From the NCBI GenBank assembly GCA_964344415.1, contig CAYFMS010000001.1, forward strand, positions 317,315 through 381,314: a stretch of 64,000 bases of DNA. The letters are read 5' to 3'. The stretch is from an uncultured Gammaproteobacteria bacterium (GTDB taxonomy: Bacteria > Patescibacteriota > Patescibacteriia > UBA9934). Within the stretch, counting starts at the first letter, position 1. Every line of letters starts with the position of its first letter. Positions 56,893 to 64,000 of this stretch are shown piece after piece. The notes under the pieces were generated by a model. The model searched no databases. It was not told the DNA's origin and was given only the letters and a program-made list of their open reading frames with translations. The position numbers and the translations under genes were made by a program.

Positions 56893-57025
56893 TTGAATAT
56901 ATCAAGAGATAGTTAGGGAACGAGCCCATTGATCTGTCCGCAACCTGCCATTGGTAAGGTGCGAATTCTCGCCCAAAGGGAAAGATAAATTTTAACCACT
57001 CTTTTCCCGGAGTGGATTTTCATTT
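56893..57025 (+). promoter_or_regulatory. SAM-I (S-box) riboswitch with terminator expression platform upstream of metK
   Basis: aUAUCAAGAG..AGGGA..GAGCCCaUUGA..CGCAACC..GGUGCGAAUUCuC..GGAAAGAUaAA matches the S-box consensus blocks. This is followed by ccactc-ttttcccg-gagtgg then attttcattt (terminator). Confidence 0.7.
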
Positions 57026-57027
57026 CT

Positions 57028-57981
57028 ATGAATCAAGAATATTTTACGGCCGAGTCCGTGACGATTGGTCATCCAGACCGTATGTGCGATCAATTTTCAG
57101 ATGCTATTTTAGCGGCATATGTTGCTCAAGATCCAAATGCGCGTGTTGCGGTCGAATGCATGGGAGGGCATGGGAAAGTGTGGGTATGCGGGGAAGTGAC
57201 CTCGAATGCAGAGATTAATATCCCGTCCATTATTCAAAAAACATATCGAGACATTGGTTATAAAGATGAATTGCAAATTGAGGTTCATTTGGTGAAACAG
57301 TCGCCGGATATTGCACGCTGCGTTGATACGGGCGGGGCGGGGGATCAGGGGATTGTGATTGGGTACGCTTGCGATGAAACGCCTGAATTTTTACCGTTAG
57401 AGGCTGCACTTGCTCATCGTTTGACGGATGCGCTCACCGAGGCTCGGGTTTCGGGGCGATTGCCTTATTTGGGTCCAGATGGAAAATCGCAGGTGACGGT
57501 GAATCCTGCGACGGGTCATGTGAAGGCGATTGTTTTGAGCGCGCAGCATGATGCGAGTGTTTCGATTGATCGGGTACGTGCGGATCTTCGCGAGCTTTGT
57601 TTCTCTGTCATCCCGGGCTTGCATGTCCGCTGTAGCTCGCAGAGCGAAAGCGGGACCCGGGATCCAGCGTATTTCATTTCTGAAGATACACAATTCTTCC
57701 TCAATCCCGCCGGTCCATTCATTCAAGGAGGATTCGAGGCAGATACCGGCCTTACGGGCCGAAAGCTTGTTGTAGATTTTTACGGTCCGCGCGTACCAAT
57801 TGGCGGTGGAACAACGCACGGAAAAGACATGACAAAAACCGACCGATCAGGCGCCATGAAAGCAAGAGAAAAAGCGATTGAGATTTTGCAGGAAAAAGGC
57901 GCAAAAGAGGTGACTGTTGTGTATAGCTATGCGATTGGAATTGCGGGTCCGATTGATGAGAGGGTGGTGGTGAATATATAA
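57028..57981 (+). CDS. metK: S-adenosylmethionine synthetase (short, 317 aa; canonical motifs retained)
   Basis: GHPDRMCDQFSDAIL, GAGDQG and GGGTTHGKDMTKTDRSGA. Preceded by the SAM-I riboswitch. Confidence 0.8.
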   Translation: MNQEYFTAESVTIGHPDRMCDQFSDAILAAYVAQDPNARVAVECMGGHGKVWVCGEVTSNAEINIPSIIQKTYRDIGYKDELQIEVHLVKQSPDIARCVDTGGAGDQGIVIGYACDETPEFLPLEAALAHRLTDALTEARVSGRLPYLGPDGKSQVTVNPATGHVKAIVLSAQHDASVSIDRVRADLRELCFSVIPGLHVRCSSQSESGTRDPAYFISEDTQFFLNPAGPFIQGGFEADTGLTGRKLVVDFYGPRVPIGGGTTHGKDMTKTDRSGAMKAREKAIEILQEKGAKEVTVVYSYAIGIAGPIDERVVVNI

Positions 57982-58054
57982 ATATTGTTTGGCAGCGATT
58001 GTTATGAAGTTATGCACATTGTTGCAACTGTAAACTATTGTAAAATATCAATGT

Positions 58055-59503
58055 ATGAATCAAAATTATCTACTTGTCGAAGAGATTGCTGATGAATTGC
58101 GAGTTAGCAATATGACCGTTTATCGCTATATAAAATCCGGATCACTTCCTGCATATAAGCTTGGAAAAGAGTATCGTATCAAATCAGACGATTTTATAAG
58201 TTTTATGAAAGATGCTCGTACAGTTGGGCAACTTAAATTTATAGATTTGTTTGCCGGATTGGGCGGAACCCGAATAGGATTTGAACAAGCCTGTGTGGAT
58301 CTAGGAATTGAGGCGAAATGCGTTTTTACTTCTGAGATAAAGCCACATGCTGTCGATGCGTATTCAACCAATTTTATCGGTGAGAAGATTTCTGGTGATA
58401 TTACTAAGATCGATTATACTACCTTGCCTGACTTTGATTACCTGTTAGGAGGATTTCCTTGTCAGCCATTTAGCTCTGCCGGTAAAAGGCTGGGTTTTTT
58501 TGATACAAGAGGTACACTTTTTTTTAATATAGAAGAAATATTGCGTGTAAAAAAGCCGGTAGGATTTTTGCTGGAAAACGTTGAAGGGTTGGCTAATCAT
58601 AACCAAGGCAAGACATTACAAGTTATTATAAGTAATTTGTCGGCTCTAGGATATCATACGTCCTGGCGTGTCCTGGACGCAAAAAATCATGGAGTCCCGC
58701 AATCAAGGCGCAGAACCTATATTGTGGGACGGAGAGACTCATCGGTAAATATAAATCAGGCGAACTTCAAGAAGAGGTGTCCTAGAATGAAAGATATTCT
58801 TGAAGATGGGTTGGAGGTTATGAATACAGACTTTACTAAAAAATTACTTCATCACTATTCAGTGTCTGATGTTATTGGGAAATCTATCAAGGATAAGAGG
58901 GGTGGTCCGAGTAATATCCATAGCTGGGATATACATTTAAAGGGGCGTGTCAGTAATGTTCAGAAAAAAATTCTCAATAAGCTTTTACGAGAAAGGCGCA
59001 AGAAGCATTGGGCGGAAAAGAAAGGGATTAAATGGATGGATGGAATGCCACTTACGCTCAACGAGATCCTGACGTTTATTGATTGTAAAAAAGATTTACT
59101 TCAATTGCATCTCGATGATCTTGTTGTAAAGGGATACTTACGACTTGAGTATCCAAAGAAGGTAGTTGAGCAGAAGAATGGAATACAAAAGCGAGAATAC
59201 GATACAGAAAAAGAAAGAGGATATAATATAGTCGCTGGGAAATTAAGTTTCGAAATTAGCAAGATACTGCACCCGGAAGGTATTGCGCCTACACTTGTAG
59301 CTACGGACTCAACAAAGTTGGCTGTGCCCGATGGGTGTGGCGTGCGACGTCTTACTGTGAGAGAGGGACTTCGTTTGTTTGGATTCCCTGAAGATTACAA
59401 GCTAGAGGTCTCATATAGTAAGGCATTTGACTTGCTTGGAAATACCGTAGTGGTGCCGGTTATAAAGGATGTGGCTTCCGTCTTACTTAATTCAGGCAGG
59501 TAG
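58055..59503 (+). CDS. DNA (cytosine-5)-methyltransferase with an N-terminal excisionase/MerR-like HTH
   Basis: HTH LRVSNMTVYRYIKSGSLPAYK. Motif I DLFAGLGG, motif IV GGFPCQPFS, ENV, QSRRRTYIVG and GNTVVVPV. Confidence 0.85.
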   Translation: MNQNYLLVEEIADELRVSNMTVYRYIKSGSLPAYKLGKEYRIKSDDFISFMKDARTVGQLKFIDLFAGLGGTRIGFEQACVDLGIEAKCVFTSEIKPHAVDAYSTNFIGEKISGDITKIDYTTLPDFDYLLGGFPCQPFSSAGKRLGFFDTRGTLFFNIEEILRVKKPVGFLLENVEGLANHNQGKTLQVIISNLSALGYHTSWRVLDAKNHGVPQSRRRTYIVGRRDSSVNINQANFKKRCPRMKDILEDGLEVMNTDFTKKLLHHYSVSDVIGKSIKDKRGGPSNIHSWDIHLKGRVSNVQKKILNKLLRERRKKHWAEKKGIKWMDGMPLTLNEILTFIDCKKDLLQLHLDDLVVKGYLRLEYPKKVVEQKNGIQKREYDTEKERGYNIVAGKLSFEISKILHPEGIAPTLVATDSTKLAVPDGCGVRRLTVREGLRLFGFPEDYKLEVSYSKAFDLLGNTVVVPVIKDVASVLLNSGR

Positions 59504-60268
59504 TTACAGGACTCTCCCTGTCCACTCTTTGTAATTTTCTGATACGATACTAAACCAAGTGTCTGAGTCTATTTCATCTGACAAATGACTATAATTCTGT
59601 ATTACTTTTTCCAGTGCTAAAACAAAATCTTTTCTTTGTGCAAAAGGCTTGAACTTTGAATTATCAGAAAACCACGAAGCCGGTCTAATATTGATGATCT
59701 TTCCTTGCTTCCTCTGAACCTTTAGTGGAAGGTTATTGCTGGGACAACAGAGTTCCCATACTTTTTTGAGCCAAAGATTTCGAATTTTGATGGTTGAGTT
59801 TGTGAGCTCGTATGCGAATATAAGGTAGTCTGAATCTAGTTTATATGCCTCATGCATCAAGGTTCTGGCATAGGCGTCAAAATTGGCGATGTCAAAGTTA
59901 GCCGATGCGGTGTGGTCGAATGCTTTGACTTCAAGTAAATCCTCGTGGTCACTGATCGACAGGAAGAAATCAGGTGCTTCTTGACTATTGGGATTTGGCC
60001 TATGGTATATCTTATGTTTCACCATCCAATTTTTTAGCCATTCTTCAAGGATGTTGCCCATCGCACTTTTTTCGTTCATTTTGAAGCGGACATCCAAGAG
60101 CTTCATCTGAATCACGCCTTCAGCGCCAATGATTCCTTGAGAAAGAAGTTCGGAATAGATTGAGTTGGCGCGCATACTGATATTCATATTAACTAAATGA
60201 ATCTTACACATAAAAGATGTCAATTGCAAAGAAGTTGGTGCAATATAGGGGTATATGATTATATGCAA
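59504..60268 (-). CDS. Putative type II restriction endonuclease, convergent partner of the methyltransferase. Start uncertain; M20, M28 and M32 are alternatives.
   Basis: Convergent and adjacent to the C5-methyltransferase. ISDHEDLLEVKAF resembles a PD-(D/E)xK core. Confidence 0.45.
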   Translation of the reverse strand: MHIIIYPYIAPTSLQLTSFMCKIHLVNMNISMRANSIYSELLSQGIIGAEGVIQMKLLDVRFKMNEKSAMGNILEEWLKNWMVKHKIYHRPNPNSQEAPDFFLSISDHEDLLEVKAFDHTASANFDIANFDAYARTLMHEAYKLDSDYLIFAYELTNSTIKIRNLWLKKVWELCCPSNNLPLKVQRKQGKIINIRPASWFSDNSKFKPFAQRKDFVLALEKVIQNYSHLSDEIDSDTWFSIVSENYKEWTGRVL

Positions 60269-60308
60269 TCATTGGCGTCTAAGCTCTGGTCGGGTAAGGT
60301 TGTAGAGT

Positions 60309-60983
60309 ATGAGGTTCTCGAAGCGATATTATAGACTATTTCTAACATATGAAGATTGGGTAGATTTACTCAAAAAATCACTATTAAAACGTGCTTATAA
60401 ATCTGGGATTGGAATTAATATTTTGATATCTGATAAAGATGTCTTTAAGGCATTTCGGGATTCATATTGCAAGGAATTATCTTGTAAGAGCACAGACTTT
60501 GCTGAATGCTTTTTAGCTTTTGAATCTCTGTATAAATTTTATGACGAAGATGTAGAGATAGGCTTTGAGGCTAAATCAAGTTTTAAACTAAATGAATCAG
60601 TTATTGATGATTTGGATGCACTCTTTTCATTTTGTAGAAAGGATACTGATGTAGATGCCATTGTGAGGCATCCGAATGGTGTGGTTCGAGATTTTCAGTT
60701 TAAAAGTTTTGTAGAATCGCCCGATAAACTGACATCAGAGAATCTAGCTGAGTATATCTGCGAAAAGGTAAGCGGTGGATACTTGCGTGTAAATTGGCTC
60801 GTTAATCTAGTGGTGCATGGTGGAAGTACGGATGAGGTCGATTTTGGTGAGTTGAGTAGATTGATCAAGAACTACTTGTCAGGAAAGAGAGAAGTCTTAA
60901 TTATTTTTAATGAGAATAATGAGTTTAATACCATGATAAGGGTGTATCCAGATTTGGCTATGCTTCGTGTCGAGAGGTCTTGA
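60309..60983 (+). CDS. Hypothetical protein adjacent to the R-M pair
   Basis: 224-aa ORF, no family recognised. Confidence 0.45.
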   Translation: MRFSKRYYRLFLTYEDWVDLLKKSLLKRAYKSGIGINILISDKDVFKAFRDSYCKELSCKSTDFAECFLAFESLYKFYDEDVEIGFEAKSSFKLNESVIDDLDALFSFCRKDTDVDAIVRHPNGVVRDFQFKSFVESPDKLTSENLAEYICEKVSGGYLRVNWLVNLVVHGGSTDEVDFGELSRLIKNYLSGKREVLIIFNENNEFNTMIRVYPDLAMLRVERS

Positions 60984-60999
60984 CACTCCCACCAAAAAA

Positions 61000-61460
61000 T
61001 AGTAATATCTTGGCAGTTGAATAACCGTAGAAAACGGGTTGCTGATTCTTTCGGCGCTGGATACCGGATCAAGTCCGGTATGACGAGTGGCGATGATGAA
61101 GCATAAGTCCCGTCGAGGTAATACAGTTCGATTATCAAGGGATCCCGGATCGGGGTCCGGGATGACGAATTGAATATACATCTCTCGGTTTCAACACCGG
61201 GATTTATTTTTTGACAGAATGACTGTTTCTGATCCAGAAACCAAGGAGTTCTGTCATCCGTCCGTAGCTCGAAGAGCGAAGGCGGACACTCCTATCAATT
61301 CACCAAATCATTCTGCACTGGATCCCAGATCGGGGTCTGGGATGACGAAGTGGAGCGAAGGCGGATATCCCATTTAATTCAAACGTATTGATTGCGCTGG
61401 ATTCCCTGCCTGCCGGCAGGCAGGCGGCTCGTGGGCCGGAATGACAATGCAAGAGATGCA
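61000..61460. repeat. Modular intergenic repeat element, composite copy E
   Basis: Two copies of ggatccc(a/g)gatcggggtc(c/t)gggatgacgaa, then attccctgcctgccggcaggcagg and gggccggaatgacaatg. Confidence 0.6.
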
Positions 61461-61471
61461 AATGACTCTTT

Positions 61472-61993
61472 ATGGCAAAAACTCGAGAGCAAAAACAGCA
61501 AATCGTGGCCGGTCTTACGGACAAGTTCCAAAATATGACATCGGCAACATTCGCTGAAGTATCGGGGCTTACCATGTCTCAGTCGGACGAACTCCGTCAG
61601 AAAGCAAGAGAATCAGGAGCTGAAGTCTTCATTGCGAAGAAAACGCTTCTGAAACTAGCGATTGAAGGTGCGAAGATCGAAAATATCGATCCGAAGCAGC
61701 TCAATGGTTCCGTCATTACGGCGATTGCTGACGACGAAGTGGGAGCGGCGAAGTTGATCAAGGACTTTTCGAAGGACTATGAATCACTTACCATTCTTGC
61801 TGGAGTCCTTGAAGGCAAGGGAATTAGTGCCGAAGAGGTGAATCAGCTTGCGGCTCTTCCTGGAAAGGAACAGCTACTTGGACAATTGGTTGGTACATTG
61901 AATGCTCCTATTTCAGGATTTGCAAATGCGCTTGCCGGTAATATCCGAGGTCTTGTGACCGTTTTAGGTCAAATTCAAGAACAAAAAGCTTAG
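61472..61993 (+). CDS. rplJ: 50S ribosomal protein L10
   Basis: MAKTREQKQQIVAGLTDKFQ...AEVFIAKKTLLKLA. Confidence 0.9.
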   Translation: MAKTREQKQQIVAGLTDKFQNMTSATFAEVSGLTMSQSDELRQKARESGAEVFIAKKTLLKLAIEGAKIENIDPKQLNGSVITAIADDEVGAAKLIKDFSKDYESLTILAGVLEGKGISAEEVNQLAALPGKEQLLGQLVGTLNAPISGFANALAGNIRGLVTVLGQIQEQKA

Positions 61994-61999
61994 ACGTTC

Positions 62000-62110
62000 T
62001 ATTCGGTCCATTTTCGGCTCACGGGTCCCTTGTTTCTTCTCAACGTACGTTTTAGTACGTCTGCGAATAAACATTTCCGTTCACCAAAACTGAATCCAAA
62101 TATATCCGTC
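62000..62110. repeat. Intergenic repeat fragment, copy F, between rplJ and rplL
   Basis: ctcacgggtcccttgtttcttctcaacgtacgttttagtacg is highly similar to 62668-62722. Confidence 0.55.
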
Positions 62111-62195
62111 TATAAGACAAGTATTCACTATCTAAAAATAATGTTAAATGCGTTCCATAACATTTGAACACGTTTAACAATTTAAACATACATAT

Positions 62196-62651
62196 ATGTC
62201 AGAAGAAACAAAAACAGCGGAAGCTGTAGAGGAAACTGTGGCTGCAGAAGCTACGGAAACAAAGGTAGAGGTTCCTGCAAAGTTTGAAAAGCTTGTTGCA
62301 GAAATCGAACAGATGTCTGTGATCGACCTTTCAGAGCTTGTGAAAGTTTTGGAAGATAAGTTCGGAGTAAGCGCTGCCGCGCCTGCAATGATGATGGCTG
62401 CGCCAGCTGGTGGAGCTGCTGAAGGTGGAGCGGAAGAAAAGTCTTCATTTGATGTAGAGCTTACAGCTGCTGGAGATTCAAAGATTAACGTGATTAAGGC
62501 TGTTCGAACCATCACTGGTGAAGGTTTGAAGGAAGCAAAGGGTCAGGTTGATTCAGCTCCAACGGTTATCAAGGAAGGTGTTTCTAAGGAAGAAGCAGAG
62601 GAATTGAAGAAGACGCTTGAGGAAGCTGGAGCTACAGTTACTCTAAAATAA
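62196..62651 (+). CDS. rplL: 50S ribosomal protein L7/L12 with an acidic N-terminal extension of about 22 aa
   Basis: [24 protein letters not shown]...[52 protein letters not shown]. Confidence 0.9.
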   Translation: MSEETKTAEAVEETVAAEATETKVEVPAKFEKLVAEIEQMSVIDLSELVKVLEDKFGVSAAAPAMMMAAPAGGAAEGGAEEKSSFDVELTAAGDSKINVIKAVRTITGEGLKEAKGQVDSAPTVIKEGVSKEEAEELKKTLEEAGATVTLK

Positions 62652-62654
62652 AGA

Positions 62655-62790
62655 TTCCAGAATCAGACCATCTGCGTTGTTACGGGTCCCGTCGGTCTTC
62701 ATCATCGTACGTTTCAGTACGACTCTTCGACCGCCACCCGTGCCTAGCATCTGATCCAATTCTGAAACTTTATTGGCAGAATGCCTAGAA
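62655..62790. repeat. Intergenic repeat fragment, copy G, after rplL
   Basis: gttacgggtcccgtcggtcttcatcatcgtacgtttcagtacg. Confidence 0.55.
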
Positions 62791-62829
62791 AAAGCCCCGA
62801 TTGGGGCTTTTTCTGTTACCAACAAACTA

Positions 62830-63060
62830 AGGCCGTCAGGCCTCGAGTACCCCGCAGAAGCCCCTGTCATTCCCGCGAAAGCGGGAATCCACCGATTGTC
62901 GAAATACAGGGGATCCTCCGCCTTTGCTCTTCCCCCTTCGCTCGGCTAGCCGAGCGAAGGGGGACATGCCGAGCTTCGGCGGACAGGCGGGGCGGATCAA
63001 GTCTGGGATAACGAATGGTGTGTGTATTGAGACAGGGGGCAAGCAGCACTTGAAATATAA
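62830..63060. repeat. Intergenic palindromic repeat cluster, copy H
   Basis: gtcattcccgcgaaagcgggaatcc hairpin, cgctcggctagccgagcg hairpin, and gtctgggataacgaatgg. Confidence 0.5.
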
Positions 63061-63217
63061 AGATACCACGGCCGCGAGACCTCGAATTTCATTTGTGGAT
63101 AGGGAAAATTCGCCACGACATGCCGTGATATTATATCTCTGTAAAACATAATCCGTGAGATGCTTGTCTCTCGCTTAACCCCCAATTATGTATAGAGGAG
63201 TTTACGGCCTACGCGTC

Positions 63218-64000
63218 ATGGCGCGCGGTCGATTTTTGCGTATAACAGCAACATTACTTTTATTCACGCTTATTGCATTTTCTTTAGCAGCGACGCTTTC
63301 CGTGCCGTCCGCGCATGCAGCGGCACCAACGCTCTCGATGGGAGGATGGAAAGATGGTCAAACAAAAGTTATCGTGGAGTTTGATCAGTCGGTCGACAAT
63401 GGTTCTGATGGTGCTTTGGACGCATCAGACTTTGCCGTTGCAGGTGCAAATGCAATCAGTATTACATCTGTAGAGCATTTTCCATTTTCGCATCAGGCTA
63501 TTTTGACTCTCTCTGGAAATTTGAATTCAGCTGGTGGAACCGACTTCACGATCGCTTGCGCGAGCAATGCCGTGTTCAATCCAGCAGATGAGGCTTGCGG
63601 TGCTGGAACGGTTAATGTGTATACGGCTATTTCGGAAGACACGACAGGCCCTTCCGTGGAAGATGTCGGTATCATTAGCGGCACAACCGTATTTGTGGAT
63701 TTCAATGAAATTATGGATCCAGATACATTAACGGCGGGAAATTTTACATTGACAACATCAGATGGTGATGACGATTCATCGATTACGAGCACATTGGCCT
63801 TTGATCACGGCGTTGATTTGGTAGCAGGGGGTGCTACTATCGCAGCGGGTGCTGGGAATACGGTGCAAGTGAGTTCAAGTGTAACGGATATTTTTGGTAA
63901 TGCTTCCGCGGGGGAAACGGTAGCAATTTACCCACCTATCAAAATTTCTGAAATTCAAGCGGCAACATCGACAAATTCAAAGAATGAATTTATCGAACTG
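63218..64000 (+). CDS. Secreted protein, 3'-partial. Ends with the beginning of a lamin-tail-domain-like ISEIQ...EFIEL segment.
   Basis: Signal peptide MARGRFLRITATLLLFTLIAFSLAATLSVPSAHA. Frame open to the window end. Confidence 0.55.
   Translation, partial: MARGRFLRITATLLLFTLIAFSLAATLSVPSAHAAAPTLSMGGWKDGQTKVIVEFDQSVDNGSDGALDASDFAVAGANAISITSVEHFPFSHQAILTLSGNLNSAGGTDFTIACASNAVFNPADEACGAGTVNVYTAISEDTTGPSVEDVGIISGTTVFVDFNEIMDPDTLTAGNFTLTTSDGDDDSSITSTLAFDHGVDLVAGGATIAAGAGNTVQVSSSVTDIFGNASAGETVAIYPPIKISEIQAATSTNSKNEFIEL

Overview
The window reads as a low-GC (about 42 %) chromosome segment from a small-genome bacterium, with a CPR/Patescibacteria-like gene style (inference only). Recognisable housekeeping genes are ybeY, dgkA, ftsA-ftsZ, nrdR, pyk, an ABC-2 exporter, tRNA-Asp, infC-rpmI-rplT, smpB-ssrA, rpsB-tsf, gap-pgk-eno, dinB, uppS, lexA, ppiB, pyrH, glmS, metK behind a SAM-I riboswitch, and rplJ-rplL. 

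Interspersed with these are several distinctly GC-richer islands (about 50-60 % GC) at 12.1-13.7, 14.1-14.5, 15.5-17.7, 24.5-27.6, 41.7-43.0 and 51.8-52.9 kb, which look horizontally acquired. The most interesting region is 41.2-46.0 kb. It holds two CRISPR arrays with 40-nt repeats and 31-32-nt spacers. Each array is preceded by a near-identical structured leader of about 260 bp that carries its own promoter, so both arrays read on the minus strand. Between the arrays sit an N-terminally truncated cas1 and a GC-rich TnpB-like gene that has its own consensus promoter and RBS. This TnpB-like gene has lost the RuvC-I aspartate and lacks the zinc finger and RuvC-III, making it a candidate nuclease-dead RNA-guided protein of the type V-U or TldR kind. 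Flanking this region is a Cas4-like Fe-S PD-(D/E)xK nuclease fused to an RNase-H-like domain. No cas2 or other known effector is present. 

A second defence-like cluster at 56.0-61.0 kb carries a stand-alone Cas4-like nuclease, metK, an HTH-fused C5 cytosine methyltransferase, a convergent putative restriction endonuclease and an unknown gene. 

Other notable features are a modular family of palindromic MITE/REP-like intergenic repeats with at least eight copies, a 7-N-7 perfect palindrome (TTAAGTC-N-GACTTAA) present four times in one divergent promoter region, a MopE-type Cys-rich lipoprotein containing a 108-bp tandem repeat, three tandem paralogous surface proteins with calcium-binding D-x-D-x-DG repeats, two divergent MetK paralogs, and a fourfold tandem Cys/His-repeat protein.
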